Shown: positions 30,170-39,143 of the stretch, in pieces
How positions within the stretch are numbered: position 1 is the first letter of the stretch
Layout: each line of letters opens with the position of its first letter
NCBI GenBank assembly: GCA_965140785.1
Contig: OZ223514.1
Span: 128,001 to 192,000 of the forward strand
Reading direction: 5' to 3'
DNA length: 64,000 nt
Origin: an uncultured Ruficoccus sp.
GTDB lineage: Bacteria; Verrucomicrobiota; Verrucomicrobiia; Opitutales; Cerasicoccaceae
Position numbers and translations under genes: made by a program
Notes under the pieces: generated by a model
What the model saw: the letters and a program-made list of their open reading frames with translations, nothing else
Told to the model about the DNA's origin: nothing
Database searches by the model: none

Positions 30170-31271
30170 TTATTGTTCCGGCGGACAGCACAGTAACAGT
30201 GTGCAGGGCTCGCCGTTGAGGGGTTCTAGGCGGACTTTTCCCAGCCCGGCGGGCAGCACGCATTTTTCGTACTGGTTCAGGCGGATACGGGTGGTGCCGT
30301 TGCTCAGCTCGCAGGCGCCCCTCTGTTACGATGCTAATGGTGAACTCATGGATGGGCGGCTCGCAGGGCTCGGAGAAGGTGAGCCGATCCAGGCGGAAGC
30401 GCGGTGTCTGGGCCGGGCCGATGAGCCGGTCGCGCCAGGCACCGGTGGAGAAGTCCTCGAGACGTTGCGGGCGGCAGCGCAGTTGTTGCTCAATCGTTTC
30501 CTCGCGGCAGGGCTCGGTGGCGAACACGTCCAGGCAGAAGTCCAGCCCCCGCTGCATGAAGCGCGCCGCCTCGGGCAGGGTGTAGCCCCCGCGCTCGAAC
30601 TCGAAGCGCACGACCAGGTCCGAGGCTTCCTGCAACTCGACCAGAAAGAGGTCCTCACCCAAGGCATGGGGCGTGCCTCCGGGCACGAGCAGGACGGTCG
30701 CCGGGTCGGACGCTGACGCGGTTCATCCGTTCCAGCAGGGCCGCGATATTCTGAGTCTCGATCCACTCCCTGAGTTCCTCGCGCGTCGGCGGGCGGTATG
30801 AAAGCCGAGGCACACATACGGGTCGGTGTTCTCCGGGCGGGCCTCCAGCACGTAGTAGGCTTTCCGTTTTTTTCCCACCGGCGAGTTGAGATGGAGTTGG
30901 GCGAATTCCGCCGTTGGGTGCACACTGGCAGGTGCAGCCGGATAGAGGCGTCGATAAACTTGACCAGGATGCGTGGGTCCGCCCCAAAGCGCGCGACATG
31001 AGCGGCACCGAGGAAGTACTCCGGGTCGGCTTGCATGAGCTCACGCAGGCTGCGGGTGCTTCCGGCGTACTCGACCGTTGCCAGACCATTGGGAGCCACC
31101 GACGCCTGGCGGGTTGGTGTGCTTCGGTCAGGGGAACCGATCCAGTCCTCGGGGAAGTGGCTGTCGCCGGGCTCATCGTCCCCGGAGAGCGTGTCGAGCA
31201 GTTTGTCCACCTTGATAGGTGCGCCAGACGCGATTGGGGTTGAGCTTGTAGAAAGGACGGTCGGTTTGCAT
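30170..31271 (-). pseudogene. Type I mannose-6-phosphate isomerase-like cupin gene with many apparent insertions (probably intact in vivo)
   Basis: Pieces across frames: NRVWRTYQGG, PEDWIGS, LVKFIDASIRLHL-QVHP, GK-TEAYY, VPGGTPHALG, ELQEASD. Confidence 0.75.
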
Positions 31272-31401
31272 GGCGTATGCGGGACGTAAAAAGAAGGATC
31301 GGGTGGGAGGGTTGGAAAAGGTTAGCCGGGTACTTTTGGTTTTAACCGGGACTCAATCGTCATTCTGGCGAACGGGTCGGGAGAGTCAGGCTATTTTCCG
31401 G

Positions 31402-31413
31402 TTTATCGATAAA
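31402..31413. promoter_or_regulatory. Palindromic candidate operator upstream of PMI-like gene
   Basis: Perfect palindrome TTTATCGATAAA in intergenic DNA. Confidence 0.35.
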
Positions 31414-31444
31414 TTGCAAGGGCACTGGGGCGCGGTTTGGAGCC

Positions 31445-32428
31445 TCAACGGCTGACGACGTTTTGCGGTTCGCCCTGGAGGAAGGCGCTCAGGTTGTCGG
31501 CGGTGACGCGCAGCAGCCGCATGCGGCTCGGCTCGCTGGCCCAGGCCAAGTGCGGGGTGATAAAAGCGTTGTCGGGCGATTGGAGGGGATTGTCCGCCTG
31601 CATCGGCTCGTGGGAGACCACATCCATGGCTGCGGCGGCGAGGGGGCCGGTCTTGAGCGCGCCGGCCAGGTCGGCTTCGTTGACGAGGGTGCCGCGGGCG
31701 GTGTTGACCAGAAAGCTCCCGGGCTTCATACGGGCGAGCAGGCCGGCGTTGACAAAGCCGGCGTTGTCCGGCGTCTGTGGGCAGTGCAGTGAGACAATGT
31801 CGGCCTGTTCGAAGACCTCTTCGACCGATCCGGCCCAGGAAAATTCCGGCCATTCCAGGCCGTTGCGCCGGCTCGGCGTGTACACCAGGAAACGGCAGCC
31901 GAAGGGGCGGAGGCGCTCGGCGGCGGCCTTTCCGATTTCCCCCAGGCCGACGAGGCCCACGGTCAGGTTCGTCAGCTCCCGTGGGGCCTGTAGCCAGTAG
32001 GAGAAGTCCGGGCTGCGCACCCAGTCGCCACGGCGGACGCCGGCGGCGTGGTCGCCCACGCGGTTGCACAGCTCCAAGATGAGGGCCACGGTGTGCTGGG
32101 CCACGGAAGCGGTGCTGTAGCTGGGCACATTGCACACCGTGACGCCCTGCTCGGCAGCCGCGGCGACATCGATGATGTTGTAGCCAGTGGCCAGGACCGA
32201 GATCAATTTAAGCGCCGGCAGAGCCGCCAGCGTTTCGCGAGTGAAGGGCACCTTGTTGGTCAAGGCGACGCTCGCTCCGCGGCAGCGCTCGACCACGGCG
32301 TCGGGGGTGTACTCCGTACGGTCATACAGGGTGACGCTCCCCAGCTCATCCAGCCCCGCCCACGGCGTGGGATCCGGGAAGTGAAAAGTCTCGGCGTCGA
32401 GGACAACTATCTTGGGCTGGTCGGGCAT
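31445..32428 (-). CDS. D-2-hydroxyacid dehydrogenase (glycerate dehydrogenase/HprA-like)
   Basis: LATGYN, VPSYST, GLGEIG, SLHCP, NTARG, TPHLAWAS. Confidence 0.9.
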   Translation of the reverse strand: MPDQPKIVVLDAETFHFPDPTPWAGLDELGSVTLYDRTEYTPDAVVERCRGASVALTNKVPFTRETLAALPALKLISVLATGYNIIDVAAAAEQGVTVCNVPSYSTASVAQHTVALILELCNRVGDHAAGVRRGDWVRSPDFSYWLQAPRELTNLTVGLVGLGEIGKAAAERLRPFGCRFLVYTPSRRNGLEWPEFSWAGSVEEVFEQADIVSLHCPQTPDNAGFVNAGLLARMKPGSFLVNTARGTLVNEADLAGALKTGPLAAAAMDVVSHEPMQADNPLQSPDNAFITPHLAWASEPSRMRLLRVTADNLSAFLQGEPQNVVSR

Positions 32429-32517
32429 GGCTGAAGATTCTGAGTGTGCAGGCACCAAGCTCAGCGGCGGCGAATGGAAGCCCTGACCCTATCGCACCAA
32501 TTCGGGGTTTGAACAGA

Positions 32518-32646
32518 TCAATTTGCGGAAAAGCTCTCGGTTGCTGGGCAATTGATTCTCTCAGGTGAGAGCAGATGGCAAAGACGTAAGGAGGCCAGTG
32601 CCCTGGCCCCCAAGTCATCCGCGAGGATAAAAAGCACATTTTGCAT
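32518..32646 (-). pseudogene. Possible sulfatase N-terminal remnant
   Basis: MQNVLFILADDLG matches the sulfatase N-terminal strand; frame stops after about 40 codons with no CxPxR. Confidence 0.5.
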
Positions 32647-32680
32647 GACGGGAGATTGCGGGTGTGACGTTCGGCGGTCA

Positions 32681-32709
32681 GCGGCGGTTGGTAAAAAACC
32701 AACCGCCGC
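32681..32709. terminator. Strong hairpin downstream of the dehydratase operon
   Basis: Perfect 12-bp stem GCGGCGGTTGGT-AAAAA-ACCAACCGCCGC. Confidence 0.5.
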
Positions 32710-32885
32710 GTGAATCTGTATGCCGAAACGCCGCCCGGGGTTCAAGCCTATGCGCTCGACGAATGAAACAAGCGTGCCTGACCGCGTAATAAATCTCTAT
32801 CGTCGCCTGCCCGTGACGGATGGTTTTCCGTGCTTCTCCCCTTGTCTTTCTTTTTTAGAAACGAAGATGCTTGCGGGGGGACGCT

Positions 32886-33605
32886 TTAAAAATAGCCGCC
32901 GCGGTCATGGATTTCCTCGGCGGAGAGGCCGGCGGCGACCCACTCCTTGATCTCGCCTTCGTTGCGCTCGATCTGCTCGGCCCGTTCGAGAACGGTTATG
33001 GCGAGCTTACGCGGGATGAGGACGGCTCCGTCGATGTCGGCCAGCAGGATGTCGCCGGGTTTGATCAGCAGCTCGCCGACGAAGATCGGCACCTGATAGC
33101 CGACGATTTTCGTGTGCGAGAGGGCACCGTTGCTGGTGCGGTAGCGGTACCAGATGGGAAAGTCCTGACTGAGGATGTCCTTACTGTCGCGGATGCCGCC
33201 GTCCACGATGGCACCGCGGCAGCCGCGCTTGATCGCGGCCTGGGTCATGACGCCGCCCCAGTGGGAGGCGTGGTCGTCGCCATTGGCGTTCCAGATAACC
33301 ACATGGCCGGGCCGCAGTTCGTCTAGCATCTTGACGCGCAGTTCGAGCTCGCCGCCCATGGTCGGGTCCTTGATTGCCTTGACGGTAAAGGCCTCGCCGC
33401 AGACGACCATCTCGTCGCGCAGGGGCACGATGCTGGACGGCAGGCCCTGGTTGGGCAGGCACATCTCGCGCAGCACGTCGTTGACGGCGCCGCTGTAGAG
33501 TTTCTCGTAGCGGGCGCAGAGTTCTTCCAGGGGGATGGAGAGCTCCTCCACCTCGACCGTGTCGCGAATCTCCTGGAGTTTGTTCACGTGCATTTTGTGG
33601 GCCAT
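32886..33605 (-). CDS. RraA-family protein (HMG/CHA aldolase-like)
   Basis: GEAFTV, WGGVM, DGGIRD, PGDILLADIDG. Confidence 0.85.
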   Translation of the reverse strand: MAHKMHVNKLQEIRDTVEVEELSIPLEELCARYEKLYSGAVNDVLREMCLPNQGLPSSIVPLRDEMVVCGEAFTVKAIKDPTMGGELELRVKMLDELRPGHVVIWNANGDDHASHWGGVMTQAAIKRGCRGAIVDGGIRDSKDILSQDFPIWYRYRTSNGALSHTKIVGYQVPIFVGELLIKPGDILLADIDGAVLIPRKLAITVLERAEQIERNEGEIKEWVAAGLSAEEIHDRGGYF

Positions 33606-33657
33606 GGTTCGATATCCTTTCCGGTTGTTGAAATGAGTGAGAGGTGTTTGGGAAAAA

Positions 33658-34425
33658 TTACAGGTTCATGCCGCCATCGACATAGAGACTGTGGCCGGTG
33701 ATGTAGCAGCCGGCTTCGCTGCACAGCAGCAGTGCCGCCCCGGCACAGTCATCGGGGGTTCCGATGCGGGAGGCCGGGATGCGCCCCAGCACTTTTTGTT
33801 TGTAGTCTTCGTCGGCCAGTCGTCCGAGGTTACGATCCGTGCCGATGACGCCGGGAGCGAGGTTGTTGATGGTGACGCCGTGGGGCGCCAATTCCTTGGC
33901 CAGGTTGCGAACCAGGCTGGTCTGCGCGCACTTTGTGGCCGCGTAAACGACCATGTGCGGATGCGGAACGCTCTCCTGTACGCTACCCACGGTCAGGACC
34001 CGTCCCCAGCCGCGTTTCTGCATCGGCGGGATGGCCAGTTGGATCAGTTCGAATGTACTGCGCAGGTTGACATTGATCTGCTGCTCAAAATGCTCGCGGC
34101 TGGTTTCCGTCCAAAGCTCGGGAATCTGGACCGAGGCGTTGCACACGAGGATGTCGAGCTGGCCGAAGGCCGCTGTCACGGAATTATGGATACGCGCCGG
34201 CGCGTCATCGTCGCCCAAATCCTCCATAATGACGACGCTCTTGACGCCGAGTGCTTCCACCTCGCGAACGACTTCCTGCGCCTTGTCGCAGGAGGCGGTG
34301 GCATGAATGGCCACATTCGCGCCCGCCTGGGCAAAGGCCAGAGCGATGCCCCGGCCGATGCCGCGGGAGGAGCCGGTAACCAGGGCGCTACGGCCACTTA
34401 GATCGAAGAGGGAGGGTAGGTTCAT
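33658..34425 (-). CDS. SDR oxidoreductase
   Basis: TGSSRGIG, CNAS, YAATK, NLAPG, YITG...VDGG. Confidence 0.92.
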   Translation of the reverse strand: MNLPSLFDLSGRSALVTGSSRGIGRGIALAFAQAGANVAIHATASCDKAQEVVREVEALGVKSVVIMEDLGDDDAPARIHNSVTAAFGQLDILVCNASVQIPELWTETSREHFEQQINVNLRSTFELIQLAIPPMQKRGWGRVLTVGSVQESVPHPHMVVYAATKCAQTSLVRNLAKELAPHGVTINNLAPGVIGTDRNLGRLADEDYKQKVLGRIPASRIGTPDDCAGAALLLCSEAGCYITGHSLYVDGGMNL

Positions 34426-34455
34426 AAGCGGAATGGGTTTGCGTTCTACCGGTTA

Positions 34456-35646
34456 TTATATGCCTCCAACGATCGGATACCAGTCCGGACGTTTCGGGTC
34501 TTGATGAAAACGGGCGTAGTAGTCGCCGCGCTTTTCGTACTCGCGTTCGTATTTGTCCATTTTCTCCGGATCGAGTTCCACGCCGAGGCCGGGGCCGGTG
34601 GGTACCTTGATCGCTCCGTTCTCGTACTTCATCAGTCCACCGGCGATGATGTCATCGGTCAGGTAATGGTAATGAGCGTCACCGGCGAAGGTCATCTCGG
34701 GAATGGTCGAGGCGGTGTGCAGCATGGCGGCCAGCTCGATCCCGAACTCGGCCCCGCTGTGCATGGCGACCCCGAGGCTGAAGGTCCGGCAGATAGCGGC
34801 CAGGTCCTTGACTCCGCGCGGGCCCTCCCAGTAGTGAATGTCGGTCAGGACGATGTCCACGGAGCCGAGCTTGACCGCGGGAGCGAGGTCGTCGAAACGG
34901 GCGGGGTACATGTTGGTCGCCACCGGGATGCGAACCTGCGAACGCACGGCGGCGTTGCCGTTGAGGCCCCAGGAGGGGTCTTCGAAATACTCCGGCGCGA
35001 TAGCTTCCAGCCGCCGCCCGATGCGCACGGCGGTCGGGACGGACCAGACGCCGTTGGGATCGATGCGCAGGCCGAAGTCCGGACCCAGCCGCTCACGGCA
35101 AAGCTCAAGCACGCGAGCCTCTTCACCCGGATCCATGACGCCGGCTTTGAGCTTCATGGCATTAACGCCGAGCGTTTCGTGCAGTTCGACACACCAGTCC
35201 GCCATGTCTTCGGCGCAGGTGTCGTCTTTGCCGTCGGGCCGGTCGTAGCGCCAGAACAGGTACGCAATAAATGGAATGCGGTCGCGCACACTGCCGCCGA
35301 GCAGGTCACTCAGCGAGCGGTTCATGGCCTTGCCCTGGATATCGAGGCAGGCCATCTCAATGGCCGCATAGAGGCGGGCGTTCGACATGTAGTAAATACT
35401 GCGCAGGACCTTCAGTTTGATCGTTTCCAGGTGAAACGGATCGAGGCCGACGATGCGGGGCTTGAGCTTTGTCAGGGCCGCGCGCTGGTCGCCGCCGCCG
35501 ACTTCGCCCAGGCCGACGATGCCCTCATCCGTGATCAGCTCCAGAATGGTCCGCAGGAAGTAGCCCGGATGGACACCGGTGTTGTGGCGGAGCTGGCAGG
35601 TTAGAGGGATGGCGACGGTGCGTACTTTGAGGTCAACGATTTTCAT
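34456..35646 (-). CDS. Enolase-superfamily acid-sugar dehydratase, glucarate-dehydratase-like subgroup
   Basis: KLKAG, IDPNGVWS, EDP, ATNM (Asn as third metal ligand), MHS. Confidence 0.8.
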   Translation of the reverse strand: MKIVDLKVRTVAIPLTCQLRHNTGVHPGYFLRTILELITDEGIVGLGEVGGGDQRAALTKLKPRIVGLDPFHLETIKLKVLRSIYYMSNARLYAAIEMACLDIQGKAMNRSLSDLLGGSVRDRIPFIAYLFWRYDRPDGKDDTCAEDMADWCVELHETLGVNAMKLKAGVMDPGEEARVLELCRERLGPDFGLRIDPNGVWSVPTAVRIGRRLEAIAPEYFEDPSWGLNGNAAVRSQVRIPVATNMYPARFDDLAPAVKLGSVDIVLTDIHYWEGPRGVKDLAAICRTFSLGVAMHSGAEFGIELAAMLHTASTIPEMTFAGDAHYHYLTDDIIAGGLMKYENGAIKVPTGPGLGVELDPEKMDKYEREYEKRGDYYARFHQDPKRPDWYPIVGGI

Positions 35647-35709
35647 GGTATGTTCGCATTCTTTTGCTTTTTAGCATTTTCAGTCAAATTATTATTGATA
35701 AAATAATTA

Positions 35710-35719
35710 TCATATATGA
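35710..35719. promoter_or_regulatory. Candidate IclR operator in divergent promoter
   Basis: Perfect palindrome TCATATATGA in AT-rich spacer. Confidence 0.4.
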
Positions 35720-35729
35720 AAATAAAAAT

Positions 35730-36479
35730 ATGAGCACCGCCCAGACTATTCCCGCCGTTCATAAGGCCGTAGCCGTCCTGCAACTGGTGGCCGATCGCAA
35801 CGAACCGGTCAGCGTAAAGGAGCTGGCCTACGGCCTGAACATCGCACCGGCCACCTGCTACCGGCTGGTGAAAACCCTGCTGGAGCACAACTGGCTGCGC
35901 GAGGACCCCGCCGGGGGGCTGAGAATCGCTTTCGGGCTGGCCAACCTGGCGCGTTCGTATTCAGAAATTGAATACGCCTTGAATTCGCTGGAGACGCCCC
36001 TGCGCCGCCTTGCAGATGAGCTCGAGATGTCGGCCAAGATCACGTTGCGCGAGGGGCACTACGCCACCACCGCGCTGCGGGCCGAGCCTGCCCGCCCCAA
36101 CGCTATCACCAGCCCCGTGGGCTGCCGTTTTCACCTGGCGGTGGGGTCGGCGGCGGCCGTGCTGCTGTCCACGCTGGACGACGCCGAAGTCAGGCGCGTA
36201 CTGGCGACGGCACCGTCCGATGTCTGGCAGCGGCAACAGGAGAAGGATGTTTGGGAGCGGATTCGAGAATGCCGTGGCAGCGGGATTTGTCGTGACTTCG
36301 GACAGCAGCATCCTTCGATTTTCGCTCTCTCGGCGTTGCTGCCGTTGACGGGCTCTGTCAGCGCCGCGATCAGCGTGGTGGGATGGCCGGAGGAGTTTGA
36401 AGGTAACCGCCCCGTCGCACTGACGCGAACCCTGAAGCGAGCTGTGGCCGAGATGCGGAAGATTCTGCCTCTGGCCTGA
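35730..36479 (+). CDS. IclR-family regulator
   Basis: PAVHKAVAVL, ATCYRLVKTL HTH; C-terminal effector domain. Confidence 0.88.
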   Translation: MSTAQTIPAVHKAVAVLQLVADRNEPVSVKELAYGLNIAPATCYRLVKTLLEHNWLREDPAGGLRIAFGLANLARSYSEIEYALNSLETPLRRLADELEMSAKITLREGHYATTALRAEPARPNAITSPVGCRFHLAVGSAAAVLLSTLDDAEVRRVLATAPSDVWQRQQEKDVWERIRECRGSGICRDFGQQHPSIFALSALLPLTGSVSAAISVVGWPEEFEGNRPVALTRTLKRAVAEMRKILPLA

Positions 36480-36931
36480 GGCGCTCGGCAAGCTGGCCAC
36501 CCCAAAAGAGGGTCAGCGTTGAAGGGCTTTCATCCGTTGCGTGACTTGGACTTGGATGAAGCGGTGGACCTGGCGCGTTCTCGTTGGGCGCGGGGCGGTG
36601 TCCGGGTGGTCGTGCCTGCCCGCCACGAGACCGGTCGTTTGAGCTCTGTCTCCGGGGATCGGTGGATCTCGCCGCCGCGCAAGCCCACGTTTATATCGAC
36701 GCAAAGCCCTGGGGACGGAAGAAACGCTGATCTACGTCCCGACGATGCGGGCTCCATCGCGCAGGCCTTCGGGCAGGCAAAGCTTTTTTTTAGAGATCGG
36801 GGTCGAGTGGGTGCATCCGGCCATGGACGTTCGCGTTCCAGGCATTGGGTCTATCATGCCCAGTCCGGCGCGTACGGCTCTCTAGTGAGATTGCGGCTTG
36901 GCGGTCTTACGTTGGTGGGCTCGGCGTATGT

Positions 36932-37996
36932 TTAGAGCGTACTCATCTTGCGGATGAGGCCGCCGTGGAGGGCTTCGATATTCTGCACGGCCCCCAGGGC
37001 GAGGGAGACGAATGCCTTGTCGGTGGCTTTATCGGAGCTGATTCTTTTGCGCAGCTTCTCGGTGGTTTTCAGGATCTTGGCGCCGACGGCGTGTCGCTCT
37101 CCGGTGTAGGACTCGGTCGTATCGTTGAGGATCGCCTGGGCGGCGGCGACGGCGTCGTCGATCCCCAGGTTCATGCCGCGACCCCCGATGGGTGAGTGGC
37201 AGTGGGCAGAGTCTCCGGCCAGCAGGACGCGACCCCTGAGATAGGTTTCGGCCTGACGGACTGAAATGCGAAACGTGCCGGTGCGGCGGACGTTGACGAC
37301 GCCCAGATCGACCGGGATGGCCGCGAGCGCATCGGGCGTCGACGAAAGCGCCCGGGCTCGATATCTTTCGATCGGCAGACAGGTGGCGCTCACCCCGTGC
37401 TCGCCCTGCAACCAGAAACGGATGAGCGAGCAGTCAAAGTTCTCGTCCATGTCGATGTCGGCGATGGACCAGTCCTCGTCCAAATCGTAGCCGGGGTAAT
37501 CGATGCCGAGCTGTTCGCGCATGGTGGAGTGCTTGCCATCGCAGGCGACCACCCAATCGTAGGTGTCGGTCCTGCCGTCGGCGAAGGTCACGGTGGCCCG
37601 CTTCTCGGTGGTTTCCAGTTTGACGGCCTCGGTGCCATAGTGGGTTTGTACTCCCAGCCGGGCCAAGCCCTCGCGGATGAGCGTTTCTGTCCGGTCCTGA
37701 GGCAGGCCCAGGACGGCTTCTTCGGGGTTGACCTTACCGCGCATGTCGAGGTCCATCAGGACTTTCTCGTTGCGGAAAAACTGAAACCGCTGCCAGGAGA
37801 CGGCTTCCTTCAGGATGGCCTCGCCCACGCCCTCGTGGCGCAGGTTGTAACGGGTGAGGGGGATGATCCCGACGGCGCGTGAAAACTCCGAGGGGCCGGA
37901 GCGCTTTTCGATCAATTCGGGCTTGATGCCGTGGTGGGCCAATTCAAGGGCAGTGGCCAGACCCACGGGACCCGCTCCGATGATGAGGATCTTCAT
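36932..37996 (-). CDS. FAD-dependent monooxygenase (FAD_binding_3)
   Basis: IIGAGPVGL, ACDGKHS, LAGDSAHCHSPIGGRGMNLGIDDA. Confidence 0.9.
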   Translation of the reverse strand: MKILIIGAGPVGLATALELAHHGIKPELIEKRSGPSEFSRAVGIIPLTRYNLRHEGVGEAILKEAVSWQRFQFFRNEKVLMDLDMRGKVNPEEAVLGLPQDRTETLIREGLARLGVQTHYGTEAVKLETTEKRATVTFADGRTDTYDWVVACDGKHSTMREQLGIDYPGYDLDEDWSIADIDMDENFDCSLIRFWLQGEHGVSATCLPIERYRARALSSTPDALAAIPVDLGVVNVRRTGTFRISVRQAETYLRGRVLLAGDSAHCHSPIGGRGMNLGIDDAVAAAQAILNDTTESYTGERHAVGAKILKTTEKLRKRISSDKATDKAFVSLALGAVQNIEALHGGLIRKMSTL

Positions 37997-38206
37997 GGTC
38001 TCATAGCGTAGCACACCGCTATGCCCCCGCAAGATTTCAGCGTGTATTTTAGGGCAGTGGAAGCTTAGGCAGTGTCGCGATTTTGAAGTTCACGGCCTAT
38101 TGATTGCGGGCTTACGCAGCCCGCGCCCGCGGCAGGCATAGCCTGCACTTCCGATGCTTACAGCATCGTCTCTGCGATGGGCGGGACTGTTAGACGTGGC
38201 CGTCGA

Positions 38207-39043
38207 TTAGGTGCCGTAAAACTTGCGGTAGCAGCGAGCGAAGTAGCCGGCGTCGGTGAAGCCGCAGGCGTGGGCGACTTCGGCGATGTTCAGGGCCGGG
38301 TTTTTCATCAGCTCGTGAGCCCGTTCCATCCGTGAGCGTTGCAGGTATTGATGAAAGGATTGACCGGCGAACTGGGTGAAGAGGCGGGAAATGTGGTTGG
38401 GGTGCACGCGCAGAAAACGCGCCACCTCTTTGCGCCCCAAAGGTTCTTGAAGATGCTCCTGAATAAACTGGCACGCAGCCAGCCAGGTCAGTTTCGCTTT
38501 ACCCTCGGGGGCGTGTGGGCCGCTCAGCAGCAGGGATTGGGACTTGAGTAGGAGGAGCTCCACCAAACGCTGAAGGTAGCGGATGTCTGCCGGCTCACGG
38601 GCGCAACGGGCCATCGCGCTGAGAAAGGCCCGTCCTTCGCCATCCAGAGTAGCCTGGCTGTGGTGTGTGAGCAGGAAACGATGAGAAAAAGTCTGGTCGC
38701 GTTGCGGTTGTTTTTTCGCCAGGAGAAACCGGGTCAACCCATCCTGGAAGACCAGGCCAAAGGACAAATAGCGTGCCTGGGGATGCGACTCCATCAGGCA
38801 GTGGGGGAGGGCATAGATCACTTCTCCGCGCCGGATGTCCATCGCGGTGCGCCGCCCCTCACGCGTGATCACATACCTCGCCGATGCTGACAGGCACAGG
38901 CTGAACCGGTGGGCATGGAGGTGCGGGGCATTTCCTAAATGGCCACTGGCTTCGTTGGCGAAATGCACCTTTGGAGGAGGCCCTCGCCGCAGGATAGCAT
39001 CGATCAGTGAGCGAATCCGATCTGTTTGTTGATGAGGAGGCAT
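38207..39043 (-). CDS. AraC-family transcriptional regulator
   Basis: HPNHISRLF...IAEVAHACGFTDAGYF. Confidence 0.9.
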   Translation of the reverse strand: MPPHQQTDRIRSLIDAILRRGPPPKVHFANEASGHLGNAPHLHAHRFSLCLSASARYVITREGRRTAMDIRRGEVIYALPHCLMESHPQARYLSFGLVFQDGLTRFLLAKKQPQRDQTFSHRFLLTHHSQATLDGEGRAFLSAMARCAREPADIRYLQRLVELLLLKSQSLLLSGPHAPEGKAKLTWLAACQFIQEHLQEPLGRKEVARFLRVHPNHISRLFTQFAGQSFHQYLQRSRMERAHELMKNPALNIAEVAHACGFTDAGYFARCYRKFYGT

Positions 39044-39143
39044 TTTGTTACGATTTTCACGCTATTGTGCTTTTTTTAGCGTTTATAATACGGAACGGTC
39101 AGGTCTAAAAATTCAATATTGTTACAAATAAACCCTTACACCC

